The notes: generated by a model from the sequence alone, not told the origin. A stretch of DNA of 64,000 bases from Octopus vulgaris (GCA_951406725.2 OX597819.1:69440001-69504000), one strand, 5' to 3'; positions 42,280 to 57,370 are shown, counted from the first letter of the stretch. Numbers and translations are program-made.

Positions 42280-42710
42280 CAGAAAGAAAGAACGAAAGAA
42301 AGAAAAATTGAAAGCATGAAAGATAGAAAGAAAGAAAGGAAGAAAGAAAGGAGAGAGAGAGAATGGAAAAAGAAAGAAAGAAGGAAAGCAAGAAGGAAAG
42401 AAGGAAAGAAAGGAAGGAAGAAATAATGGAAGTAAAAAGAAAGAATGGAAGAAAAAAGAAAGAAAGAAAGAAAGAAAGGTAGAAGGAATGGAAGAAAAAA
42501 AGATGAAAGAAAGAAAGGAAGAAAGAAAGAAAGATAGAAAGAATGGAAGAAAGACAGAATGGGATAATGAAAGAAAGAAAAAGAAGGAAAGAAGAATGAA
42601 AAACAATGAGTAAAAGGAGAGTAAGGAAAAGTGTAAGTACGAAGGAAGGAAACAAAGAGAAGCATATGAAGAAGCGAAGAAATATATGAAAGAAATATGT
42701 AGAAAGAAAT
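41700..42710. repeat. ~1 kb polypurine (GAA)n/(GAAA)n low-complexity tract
   Basis: Direct reading; source of the long Phe/Leu/Ser pseudo-ORFs. Confidence 0.92.
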
Positions 42711-43417
42711 TGGGTGAGAGTAAAGACGTTTCTGGAAGAATTGGAACCATCTAAAAATGGAAACATGTATTTGAAATACACTCAAAAAAAGGTGTTTAAT
42801 GGGTGAGAAACGAAATTGTAATAAATAAATTAATGGATAAATAGATAAATGAAATTTAGAGGATACACAAAACGAAAACCGAGAAAGTAACAATTAAAGA
42901 AAAGAAGTGGTCGTAGCATGGGAGCATGCGCTGTTACAATGCGTCGCTGCATCCGCCAGTTGTTGATGATTCTTTATGCCTGAGGGATGACGCCTCTGCA
43001 ACATTCTGGCGTCAACCCTTCAACAGGTGGGTCTGTTTGGGTAGTCGTTGCTAGTGAGGACTTAACACGGCTGGAGTTCAAATCCTACCTGAACTGAACC
43101 TCTTTTAGTTGCCTTTATGATAAGCAGAGAAAACTTTGGGTCTGCTCAGGTGTCAAAAATGATTCAAAAATAGCATTCTCGAAAAACATGAATTCCAAAA
43201 TTTAAGGACGCAATAAATTCCAAAATTTATAAAAACCGCGGGAACTTCGTTGCCACTCCAATATATCTTTTTCTATGTTATACATGTCTCATTCATTAGA
43301 TCGCTGCCATGTTGGGTGACGGCCTTGAAGAATTTTTGTCGAAACAATGGTAGTTACTCTATCAGCCTGACCTGTGCCGAAACGCTAATCTGTTGGTACG
43401 TAAACACACCAGCAACA

Positions 43418-44565
<1,148 letters not shown>

Positions 44566-44584
44566 TATATATATATATATATAT

Positions 44585-45220
44585 ACGTCGGGCTTTTTTC
44601 AGTTTCCCGCTACCAAATCCAGTCACAAGGATTTGGTCGGCTCGAGGCTATAGTAGAAGACATTTGCTCAAGGTGCCGGGACTGAACCCGGAACTATGTA
44701 GTTGGTTAGCGAGCTTCTTACCAAACAGCCACTGTGTGTGTGTGTCTTTTATCTTCAACTTGTTTCAGTAATTTGGGTACCGCTATGCTAGAGTACCGTC
44801 TTGGAGGCTTTTAGTCGAACAAATAGTCCCTGTGACTTATTCTTAAAAGGCTAGTACTCTTTCTATCGGTACCTTGTGCCAAAACGCTAAGTTACGGAGA
44901 CGTAAACACATCATCACCGTTGTGACAGGCGATGCTGGACAGAGACACGCACACATAAATATATACATACATATAGGTGACGGGCTTCTATCAGTTTTCG
45001 CCTACCAAATCCACTCACAAGGCTTTTCGACCCAAGGCTAGAGTAGAAAACACTTGCATAAGGTGCCACACAGTGGAACTGAACCCAGGACCATGAGGTT
45101 GGGAGTAAATCTATTAGCAAGCAGGCCCGCCTGCACCTTATAAGTGTTTTCTACTCTAACTTCGGACCGACCACAGCCTTGGGAGTGGATTTGCTAGACG
45201 GAAACTAAAAGAAACCCGTC

Positions 45221-45304
<84 letters not shown>

Positions 45305-45540
45305 GTGTGTGTGTGTGTGCGTGTGTGTGTACTTGTTACACCGCCAGCGCTTGACAACCGATGCTGGTGTGTTTACGTCTCCGTAGCTTTGCAGTTCGGC
45401 ATAAGAGACTGATAGATTAAATACTAGGCTTACAAAGAATAAATCCCAAGTACGTCGATTTCTTCGACTAACACCGTTTAAGGTGGTGCTCCAGCATGCC
45501 TGCTAACAAATGACTGACACAAGTAAAAGAGTAAAAGAGT
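44585..45540. mobile_element. Cluster of three CORE-like SINEs (two minus, one plus)
   Basis: 44585-44733 (-), 44745-45138 (-), 45140-45540 (+). Confidence 0.85.
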
Positions 45541-45604
45541 CTATATATTATACGTATTAAAGTATTATACATATATATAAAAATATACATATATATAATA
45601 CATT

Positions 45605-45636
<32 letters not shown>

Positions 45637-45644
45637 TATATAAA

Positions 45645-45709
<65 letters not shown>

Positions 45710-45967
45710 TAGCAAAAATAGTGTTGACAGTGACTTCGACGATTCGACCATTTAAATCATCATCCGACTGCTGTTTTTATTATAACCGATTATGAAAAGT
45801 AAAGTATATACATACATATGTATGTATGTATGTACGTATGTATGTATGTATGTATGTATGTATGCATGTATGTATTATGTATGTATGCAGTAATGTATGA
45901 TAAGAAAAAGAGCGAAACAGACCAATTGACTGTCTAAAGGAGAGGAAAAAAAACCGAGGTTAGAAAA

Positions 45968-46072
<105 letters not shown>

Positions 46073-46364
46073 AGAGACAGAAATAATGTGAGTGAAACAG
46101 AATAACAAAATTATCCTCGTTATTAGAATATTCTAGAACAATGAAGTTTGTCTAGAAATTCCCTCCAGAACGACCACGTTTCATGGTTCAAGTGAGCGGA
46201 CATTGTTTGAAGAGCTGTCTAATTTGAATTAAACATCAGATGAGTGTGGATTTGTAAAGTTTGGCGCACTGTAGCCATTTCCAATTTGGCAAACACACAA
46301 CATCACAATGACATATGCATCTGTTGCATTAGATGTGAAGTGGAGATCAAAGCTGGAGCAAAAA

Positions 46365-46965
46365 CCCGCCATCACCACCACCGCCATCACCATCACCATC
46401 ACCACTACCACGCTCACCATCACCACTACCACCACTATCACCACTACCACCATCACCACCACCACCAATCATCACCACTGCCACCACCATCGCCATCACC
46501 ACCACCACCACAGTCACCATCACCATCACCACCACCACCTGTAGCACCACCATCACCACCACCTCCACCATCACCATCAACAACACCACCAACAACCAGC
46601 ACTAGCACCATCATCTTCAACACCACCGCTTTCACCATCAACGCTACCACCACCACCACCTCCACCACTACCACCACTATTATCATGACCATCACCAACA
46701 CTACCACAACCAGCGAACACGTGCTCCATCAGCACCACCACCGCTAGCAGCATCATCACCACCATCATCAACAGTACAAACAGCACCACCAACTTCACTG
46801 TCACCACCAACATCACCACCATCAACACCACTTCGATTAGTGCTGCCACCACCACCACCACCACAACCAGCATCAACACCACTACCATCCGTACCAGCAC
46901 CTCCACCACAAACATCATCACCATCACCACAACCAACCACTACAACCACCGTCACCACGCTATAA
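46365..46965. repeat. Degenerate (CAC/CAT)n triplet tract
   Basis: Direct reading; gives poly-His/Pro/Thr pseudo-ORFs. Confidence 0.9.
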
Positions 46966-47159
46966 CCTTTTCCGCTGTAATCAAAGTACTCAACAACAAC
47001 ACCAGGAACTACGATAATACGAACAACCTCAACAACAACAGCCAGAACAACAAGAGGAACGACATAAGCGACGAACATACGAGAAGAGGACAAAGATAAA
47101 GACGGCAATAGTGAATACGAAAGGAACATTAGCAGTAAGAAGGGCGAAGGAGAGGCCGA

Positions 47160-47247
47160 TGAGGATGGTGATGATGATGATGATAATGATAATGATGATG
47201 ATGATGGTGATGATTACGAATAATGAAGGCTGTGTCGGCGGCGGCAT

Positions 47248-47284
<37 letters not shown>

Positions 47285-47301
47285 GGTGGTGTTGGTGATG
47301 C

Positions 47302-47349
<48 letters not shown>

Positions 47350-47430
47350 CAGCGGCGGCGGCGGCGGTGGTGGTGGTGGTGGTAGTAGTGATGGTGGTTG
47401 CTGTTGCTGTTGCTGTTGTTGTAGCAGTTG
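47160..47430. repeat. Compound (GAT)n/(GTA)n/(GGT)n triplet tract
   Basis: Direct reading. Confidence 0.9.
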
Positions 47431-47889
47431 TATCGACTTGTCAATTTGGAACCAAGCCATACAATTTTTCAGTGATGGAGTGAAAAATCGATACTCGTCA
47501 AACCAACTAAATGACAGTTCCATATTTTATATGATTTCCAGAGATTGAATGACCAGGTCGACCTCGATTAAATCCGAACCTACCTATTTTCTAGTGTTCG
47601 ATGTAGAAATCTACTTCAGCTAACCTCCGTTTCTGCGGCAATAATGAACACATAACTATTTCTAGCTTTTGAAACACAGTCACAAATCTCTTGGCGCTGG
47701 AACATATTACATTGTATTTGATTGTCTTAAATAATTCGATTGGGTTCGTATTATTATTTTTCCCGGGTAGTTATCGCTTAAAATTGGCTGTCGTGGGACT
47801 TGAACTCTTTATTTTGACTAATGAATTTAAATGTACGCAGTTTGACATCTGACTGGCATTCTACCATTTCTGAATATAAATATTTTTGT

Positions 47890-48140
47890 TATTTCACGAG
47901 AGTCATTTTTTTCTGTTTTTGCCAAATAAACACACGCGTTAAATATTTCAGAATAAAATAAGTTGGGCAAGAGCACACACGAAGACGGAAAGCGTCGTTG
48001 AAGAGGTCACAGATGTGTGACGAAAGATTTCCGGACAATGGACATGAGTTAGAATAAGAAGAGTAATAAACGAGTGAAGAACGAATATATAGTGCGTGTG
48101 CTTATTTGGCAAAACAAAAAAAAAAGACCATCTCGAAATA
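47890..48140 (+). mobile_element. Foldback element with degenerate central HHR
   Basis: Inverted arms ttttgccaaataaacacacgc / gcgtgtgcttatttggcaaaa; gtcg-TTGAAGA-g-gtcaca-gatg-tgtgac-GAAA-gatt-TC-cggac at 47994-48036. Confidence 0.6.
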
Positions 48141-48294
48141 CAACACCCGAATTCACATCAGGAGTCTTGCAACACAAATTCATAAACATAAATATTTTTA
48201 ATTTAGGTAAAATGTTTGAAATTATTTGTGGGGTGAGCTAATATGGTGCACTGTATGTTACTGAGTATTTCACTTGTTATTTATTCATCCATCC

Positions 48295-49870
48295 CAAAAC
48301 TGGCGAGCTGGTAGAACCATTAGCACACCGAACAAAATTCTTACCGGCATTTCGTCCGTCTTCAGTTCCCAGTTCAAAAAATTCCACCAAGGTCCACTTT
48401 GCCTGTGATCGTATTATGGTCGACAAAATAATTACTTGTTGAGTATAATTACTGGGGTAGATGGAATCGACCAATCTCCACCCGCGAAACTTGATGACTT
48501 TATACCAAAATTTAAAACTATAATTTACCAGCCTAAACGTGATTGATATGCAGAATCGTTCGCCAATCAGAATGCATTGCGGAATTTCTTCGGGTTCAGA
48601 GTTCAAATGCCGCCAAAACCAACTTTGGCTTTAATTCTTTCGGGAGACAATAAACTAAAGTAGCAATCAAGTGTACTAGAGACGACGTAATTGACTTCAA
48701 CCGCCTTCGCTCAAAATTCCTGATGGCGTTTCATTAGAAAGAATTATTTATCAGCCGAAAGGCAAAGAATTGGAAGAACTGTTAGCGTACTGGCAACCAA
48801 AATTCTATTCTACATTTCTTCTGACGCAAGACGTTCTGATTTCAAATTCTGCCGAGGTCAACTTAGACATTCATTCACGAGAGGCGAACAAAAATATTAT
48901 TATAATTGTGGATACTATCGGTTTTAAATTTTGGCACAAGGCCAGCAATTTCGAGAGGTGGGTAAGTCGATTACAGTGACCCCAGTGCATAACTGGTACT
49001 TAATTCATCGACTTTGAAGGGACGATAAGCAAAATCGACCTCGGTGGAATATGAAACCAGGACGTAAAGACGGATTAAATGCCGCTAAGCATTTTACCCG
49101 GCGTCACAACGATCCTGCTGCCAGTTTGCCGCCTTATAATAACGAATAATATTATCAAAAATGATGGTGACGTGAACGAAAATATTGGTGAATCATGACA
49201 ATATGAATAGCAATAAAGGCGGCAAGCTGGCAGAAACGTTAGCACGTCGGGCGAAAGGCTTATCAGTTTTTCGTCTGTCTTTACGTTCTGAGATCAAATC
49301 CCGCCGAAGTCAACTTAGCCTTTCATCCTTTCGGGGGCGATTACATAAGCACCAGTTACGCACTGGGGCCGTTGTAATCGACTTAATCCGTTTGTCTGTC
49401 CGTGTTTGTCCTCTCTCTCTCTTTAGCCCCTTGTGGCAATAAAGAACTAAGAAACGTTAGCACGCCGCACGATATGATTAGCGGTATTCCGTATGTCTTT
49501 CCGTTATGAGTTCAAATTCTGTCGATGTTGACTTTGCCTTTTATCCTTTCGGGGCCGATAAATTATGTACCAGTTTCGTATTGGAGTCGATCTAATCGAC
49601 TGGACCCCTCCCCCAAAATTTCGGGCCTTGTGCCTAGAGTTGAAAAGAATATTCATAACAATGATAATCGATTCATATCTCAGCACAGGGACAGCAATTT
49701 TGAGGGATGGTTCCGTCAATTACATCGACCCATCTGTTCTGCGTGTGCTTAATTTTATCGACCACAGAAGGACAAAACACAGTTTCAGTGTCGCCTGAAT
49801 TTGAACACAGAACGTAAAGCCGGACGACATGTCATTAAACATTATCCGACCTGCTCGGCCGCGTTCACGA
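48295..49870. mobile_element. Dense cluster of Nin/Deu-domain SINE copies and fragments on both strands
   Basis: Repeated ggcgagctggcagaa, ttcaaattccgccgaggtc and gcctttcatcctttcgggg motifs; best copy 49216-49450. Confidence 0.82.
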
Positions 49871-50286
49871 TAACAACAGTAATGAGAAAGATAATTATGA
49901 TGCCGCCGACAACGATAATTATTGTTTCTAATACGGTTATTTCGGTTTATCATGAAACGATCTCTGATTTGAACATGGTTACCGATAATCAGACTTCGGC
50001 GTAAGACAATAATGTAGGAAAACACTATAAAATGTTAAGTGTGAAAGTATATGCAATATACCTAAGGGAGGTAATTTGTTTCTTTGTTATCTTTTTTCAA
50101 TGCGGCGCCATTTTCATTATGTTCGATGCTTTCTACACGAAGTCGACATTTGCAAACATTCATAATCATTAGTCATGATAGGAAAGCAGAGAGAAAATGG
50201 AATCGTACAATAATATCATTCACACTCAAAAAAGGTGGTTCTACACAAGCTATATGTGTATATGAGTGTTTGTATGTGTGTGTCTC

Positions 50287-50335
<49 letters not shown>

Positions 50336-50361
50336 TATGTATGTATATACATATATAAACT

Positions 50362-50407
<46 letters not shown>

Positions 50408-50476
50408 CGTATAATATATTAAATAGTTACATCCAGATAAATACATATCTGTACATACATATACGCTGGAGTGGTT

Positions 50477-50649
50477 ATAGGTTCAGGAGTAGCTGTGTGT
50501 TCAGAAGCTTGCTTCGCAAACACATGGTTCCGGGTTCAGTCCCGAATTGTAGCACCTTGGGCAAGTGTCTCCTTCTATAGCCTCGGACCGACCAAAGCCT
50601 TGTGAATAGATTTGGTAGACGGAAATTGAAAGAGGCCCATGGCGTGTGT

Positions 50650-50718
<69 letters not shown>

Positions 50719-50808
50719 TGTGTGTGTGTATTTGTGTGTCTGTGTTTCTTCGTTCGACTAAAGGGGTGCTGCAGTATGGCCGCAGTCAACTGACTGAAAC
50801 AAGTAAAA
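50477..50808 (+). mobile_element. CORE-like SINE with internal deletion
   Basis: Head, gcaccttgggcaagtg, (TG)n, tail. Confidence 0.85.
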
Positions 50809-51091
50809 TACTATAAGAATACGCATGTATGTATGTGTATGTGTATGAGTATATATAATATATATATACACATATTTACTTGCATACGTATATATACACA
50901 CACGTATATATATCACATATAGGTGGATGTTTTTCTTTTATTCTTTTATTTGTTTCAGTCATTTGACTGCGGCCATGCTGGAGCACCGTCTTTAATCGAA
51001 CGAATCGACCCCAGGACTTATTCTTTGTATATAGTCGGAAAGACATACATACACATACATATATACACACACACATACACACATATGGGTG

Positions 51092-51153
<62 letters not shown>

Positions 51154-51226
51154 CACATATGTGTGTGTATGTATGTGTATGTCTTTTCGCCTATGTGTAC
51201 ACCACAGTGTCTTCAGGTGTCGTACT

Positions 51227-51272
51227 TTGCCAGAAGATCTTGTGTACCGACGGGCGAAACTCAGAGTTGTAA
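51227..51272 (+). ncRNA. Degenerate type I hammerhead motif
   Basis: ttgc-CAGAAGA-tcttgt-gtaccg-acgggc-GAAA-ctcagag-TT-gtaa; helix III identical to family A; U4A variant. Confidence 0.55.
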
Positions 51273-51342
51273 GACATAGAATTGACCAACATAATAACAT
51301 TACTAATCATTCCTATAGTAACGATCACTTTTTTTCCACCTT

Positions 51343-51377
<35 letters not shown>

Positions 51378-51509
51378 TGAGCCTAAACGGCTAAAGGGAT
51401 CAAGTCTGACAGTGCATACCCCCAGGTCCACTAATAAATTAATCTAAATACAAGTATAGCTTAATTTCCATTATAATAGGTAAAACTGAAACGATACTGG
51501 AGACACTGG

Positions 51510-52530
<1,021 letters not shown>

Positions 52531-53224
52531 TTTCGTCAGTAATTCTACCCCGCCCAATGTCATTGTTAATTTCTCGTTTGTTCTTTGAAGAACGCTCTAT
52601 TATCGATCGACAGCCGAATCTATTATCCAATGTATCGCTACTAAATGGATAAATGAACAATTTTACCAAGGAACACGATACGCCACAGTATATATTGCTG
52701 TTATTACAATTTCGGTGTCTATTCACAGGAATTCAAAACTCTATCGTAATTACATGAAAGTACCATTCCAGTTTCGGACCAACGTGACTTTTGCGTTGTG
52801 CACTTGGATGACGAACAACTGAACGTTGACTCCTCAAATAATTGTTTCCATGGAGATCATGATAGCCTTTCAATAAATTTCTGCTAAACCGTATTGGTAG
52901 GAAATAAATATATATATATATACACACACACATAAATACATATATACATACACACATACATACATACATACATACATACATACATACATACATACATACA
53001 TACATACATACATACGTATATGTTCTTTCATGCTTTTGTTTCAGTCATTTGACTGCGGCCATACTGGAGCAGCGTCTCTAGTCGAAGAAATCCATTCCAA
53101 GACTTATTCTTTGTAAGCCTAGAACTTATTCTATCGAAGTCTTTTACGGAGACGTAAAGGCACCAACATCGGTTGTCAAGCGATGGTGGGGGAATAACAC
53201 AGACACACAAACTGTACATGTAGT

Positions 53225-53407
53225 TCGATAGATCGCTAACAACCAAACATTTTCTATTTTCTCTCCCTGTTTATTTCTGTGTTCCTTTCTGTTGAAGAGC
53301 GTAGGCTCGAAACCTAAAAGACTTTCTCACTTGCCGAACGTTAAACTAATACATCTGTTTGTTTCTTACACACCCGTCTTTTGTTTTTTTTTTGTAAATT
53401 CTCACTA
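53225..53407 (+). mobile_element. HHR-bearing element family C
   Basis: 53285-53320: cttt-CTGTTGA-A-gagc-gtag-gctc-GAAA-cc-TA-aaag. Confidence 0.72.
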
Positions 53408-53424
53408 TATATATATATATATAT

Positions 53425-53735
53425 ATCACGTGATCACGTGACCGACCAGGCTATCAGATGTTGTTACACATCGCTGGTCACAATGTGCTTCGTATTGTTT
53501 TAGCCTTCAAATGACGCCACCCCGCTGGCTAAACGAGCAGGCCAACAGAAGAAAGAGTGAAAGAAAGTTGTGGCGGAAGAGTACAGCAGGGATCGCCACC
53601 ACCCCCTGCCGGAGCTTCATGGAGCTTTAGGTGTTTTCGCTCAATAAACACACACAACGTCCGGTCTGGGAATCGAAACCGCGATCCTCCGACCGCGAGT
53701 CCGCTGCCCTAACCACTGGGCCATTGCGCCTGCAC
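53425..53735 (-). mobile_element. Well-preserved tRNA-derived SINE (possibly Octopus OR-type)
   Basis: Minus strand: gcaatggcccagtggttagggcagcggactcgcggtcggaggatcgcggtttcgattccc (A/B boxes); tail ggtcacgtgatcacgtga(ta)n; family name tentative. Confidence 0.85.
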
Positions 53736-53998
53736 TCTATAAGGAACTGTTTTCGAACATGGATACAAATCCCCCATCCTTGCAATGTAGATGACGAAAA
53801 CAGCCAGATTTTAAACTTGCATATTTCTACCACTCTTCCGTTTACAGATTGTCTTTTTAAGGGGCATGTTAGAAGGTTGATTGCTTTTCCTTAAAACCCT
53901 GGAATATCCATACAGTCAGTTTGGTGTTTTCTCACAAAAAGAAGCGTACCAATTGTTGCTGGGATAAATTTAAATATGCAATATATATATATATATAT

Positions 53999-54195
53999 AG
54001 GGAGAGTTTACGAAAAAAACAAAAGACGAAGACAGGTGGTGTACAAAACAAACATATGTATTAGTATAACGCTCAGGAAGAGAAAAAAGTCTTTTACGTT
54101 TCGAGCCTACGCTCTTCTACAGAAATGGACACAGATAAAACAAAGAGGGAAACAAGGAGAGAAAAAAAGTGTGTAGTGGCTAACGATTTATCATA
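53999..54195 (-). mobile_element. HHR-bearing element family C in (TA)n
   Basis: Minus strand 54091-54126: attt-CTGTAGA-A-gagc-gtag-gctc-GAAA-cg-TA-aaag. Confidence 0.78.
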
Positions 54196-54197
54196 TA

Positions 54198-54237
<40 letters not shown>

Positions 54238-54434
54238 GGAAAAAAGCAACAAGAATGGATTAAAATATCGGTATTTACCGATATTTTAATACATTTGTAA
54301 TCACCCCACTTGTCGTATGGTTAACACAATATAGATTTCCGGTGCATCCTAGTTAAGGACCATATTCATGTGAATTCATTAGAACTCACTTGAATCTCAA
54401 TTACTTAAACCGAGTATATATATATATATATATA

Positions 54435-55534
54435 CTTTATTTTAAGCAGCAGAAAAATCAACAAAATCTGTTACTCTGAGTTTCTCGTTGCCGTTCATCA
54501 GACAGTTTTTGCTAGAATGGAACATATATATTAATTCAATCTATACTCTTACAAACGCTACACCTTTAAAAAGAAATGGACTTGTTTGATTGGCCCTTTA
54601 GAAAAAACGGTCAATATTTTTATTAATGCACCCATTTTTTAAAAGCAATGTTTTTTTATAAAAAAAGCAATGTTGTCAAATTTAGAATGTTTATATAAGT
54701 TTGTGTATAGCAAAGCATATGTATTTGTAAGCATGCGTATCTGTGTATGTGTGAGTGAAAGTATGCTTGTGCTTAAGCACACATATACACGACGGTATGT
54801 ATATGTATCAATTCAAACTTGTGTATGTATACAGGCCTCTATAGATGCCAAATAACATCGCTACAATTTTTTCCCCACCCCTCCTCCGTTCCTTTTTCTC
54901 TCTTTCCCTTTCTTTCGTTCCCCCTCCTTGCTCAGTATATGAGAATTGCTACATAGATGAATTTTAGCTTGCGTGCGAGACGGTTTGCGTGAATATATGT
55001 ACACATGCTTTTATGTGTATAATTTAGATTCATATTCATACGTCTGTATATGTATGTATGGCGTTTACGCGCATCCTTTTGTGTATGTTGATATATATAT
55101 GTGGATTTTAATATAAATATGTATTGCAGTATTTATAACAGGTTTAATTTCTATGCATTAATTTGTACTGTCTTCATTAACGGCAACAGGTTTTTTCCTC
55201 GGTATTTTCCTCGGATTTTATAATTTTTATAAGTTTTTATATATATATACATATATTTTTGACCTTTTTGTTTATCGCTCGAAGATTGACCGTTTTTTCT
55301 AAAGGGCCAATCAAACAAGTCCATTTCTTTTTAAAGGTGTAGCGTTTGTAAGAGTATAGATTGAATTAATATATATGTTCCATTCTAGCAAAAACTGTCT
55401 GATGAACGGCAACGAGAAACTCAGAGTAACAGATTTTGTTGATTTTTCTGCTGCTTAAAATAAAGCATATTACTCTACCACTGGTATTTGAGTACTCTTT
55501 TTTCCACCTTGTTTCACATTTATGTGTTTACTCC

Positions 55535-55536
<2 letters not shown>
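54435..55536 (+). mobile_element. Penelope-like non-autonomous element (family A) with 181-bp inverted pLTRs, in (TA)n
   Basis: 54435-54615 appears to be the exact revcomp of 55285-55465; 71-nt extra 3' tail to ctccgg; each arm holds an HHR. Confidence 0.85.
55391..55437 (+). ncRNA. Minimal type I hammerhead ribozyme (family A)
   Basis: aaaactgt-CTGATGA-a-cg-gcaa-cg-a-GAAA-ctc-a-gag-TA-acag-a-tttt; GUA site; mirror copy on minus strand at 54463-54509; 10.1/11.1 pair is mismatched. Confidence 0.75.
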
Positions 55537-55609
<73 letters not shown>

Positions 55610-57006
55610 ATGTATATATGTATGCATGGATATATGTATATGTATGTATGCAACAACAACCTCCTCCTCATCATCATCATCATCAACATCAACATCATCA
55701 TCAGATAACGTCCGTTTTCCATGCTGCCATCGGTTGGGCTCCCCGCTTGATGCAGAAATCGAAACCATGACCTTGCGATTCTGAATGCAGCATAGGCTAC
55801 ACACCTTCACTCTGATTCCAAAAGGGTATACTAGTTATAGGAGATTGTTCACAGTGAGATGGGTGACGACGCGAAGTAGCACTCATGACGAATGTATCAG
55901 AGCCTCAAAAACTGATGAGAAGAAAAGAGGTAGAAACCGCAGCATCGGGACTGTGATGCAGAATGGATTGCATCAACAGCTACTAAGGCGTTTATGTCTA
56001 CCACAAATATTAGGCATTTTCACTCTAAAGTTGGCTTTTGTTTAAGAACAGAATATTTTATTATCATTAAGTTTTCAGAAATTCAAAAACATTCCACCAG
56101 GTCTGTGAATCAAAACTACAAACTTGTCATCGTGAATTCTACACCCCAACCAGTAGGTCATGCGCCTTCATCACGAACGACCAGCTCCACCAAAAAAGGA
56201 ATATATTGGGACCCAGTGAGAGATTCACACCAAGAGAGCAAACTCTGAACAGATTTAATGTTTTAACATATTCTTTTGCATTGATAGAATCGGAGGACTT
56301 AGATTGTATTCTTCATTTTCTGATATCCTCTCTACCTCCAAATCCAAAATGGAAATATTATTTGCTACAGAAATCGAAAAGAAAAGAAAAAATATATATA
56401 TTAATACTCTATCCTTACTTAGCGAAATGGAACACGAAGGTTACAAAATGAAAAATGTAAAACAAAAACAGAAGTTAAAACAGGAAAAGTTGTAATATTA
56501 TTAAAACAGACGACATGTTTGGAAGCAAAAGAAAAAAAACTGTGAGCAAATCATATTCGGAAAAAGATGGCGGATAAAACGTTTCAAGAAAACGCGAACT
56601 GTTTCTTCCCAAAGAAGCAAAAAATATTTTAATCAAATACCAAACGATTTTACAGGATATTAACAAAAAGAAATCTAACACTAGGGGACACGCCAAAAGA
56701 AGTTTAAGCATGCTGCGAGTGGATTTGGAAAAAAAAAATAACAGTTTAGAAAAATATGAATCAAAAGAATGGATTTGAAGTTATGACTAAAGAATATGGC
56801 CGCATTGCAGAAGAAATACTGTACAGTGTAACCGCCAGAAACTTGGCACCAGATTAAGTACTCCAAAAAGTGATGGTGGTGGTGGTGGTGGGGGTCTTAA
56901 ATTTGATAAATCCCTCAATTTCTCTTTCAAACCCCTAAGCAGCAACCCGTGAGTATATTGTGTTAGCTTTCATTAAACTGATCAGTAGATACAAAATATA
57001 TGAATG

Positions 57007-57370
57007 ACTCTTTTACTTGTTTCAGTCATTTGGCTGCGGCCATGCTGGATAACCGCCTTTAGTCGAGCAAATCGACCCTATGACTTATTCTTTGTAAGCC
57101 TAGTACTTATTCTATCGGTCTCTTTTGCCGAAGCGCTAAGTTACGGGGACGTAAACACACCAGCATCGGTTGTCGAGCGATGTTGCGGGGACCAAACACA
57201 CAAACACTCACATACACATATATACATATATACGACTGGCTTATTTCAGTTTCCGTTTATCAAATCCGCTCACAAGGCTTTGGTCGACCTGAAACCATAG
57301 GAGAAGACTGAACTCGGAAGTATGTGGTTGGTAAGCAAGCTACTTACCACACAATCACTCCTGCGACTAT
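57007..57370 (-). mobile_element. CORE-like SINE
   Basis: Family motifs end to end with a small head deletion. Confidence 0.88.

Noticed and set aside
41563-42893. Longest ORFs (318-395 aa, Phe/Leu/Ser-rich, membrane-like)
   Set aside because: Open in all three minus frames because the polypyrimidine strand lacks stops; not a gene
46244-47548. Poly-His/Pro/Thr/Gly ORFs resembling structural proteins
   Set aside because: Degenerate triplet repeats open in several frames on both strands; no splice or domain support
53660-53735. tRNA gene
   Set aside because: A/B boxes run directly into a SINE body and tail; no complete acceptor stem
55905-55945. CTGATGAG...GAAA hammerhead look-alike (similar one on minus strand at ~28670-28715)
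   Set aside because: No stem II or stem I pairing; both translate to K.RGRN-like peptides more consistent with decayed LINE 3' ends
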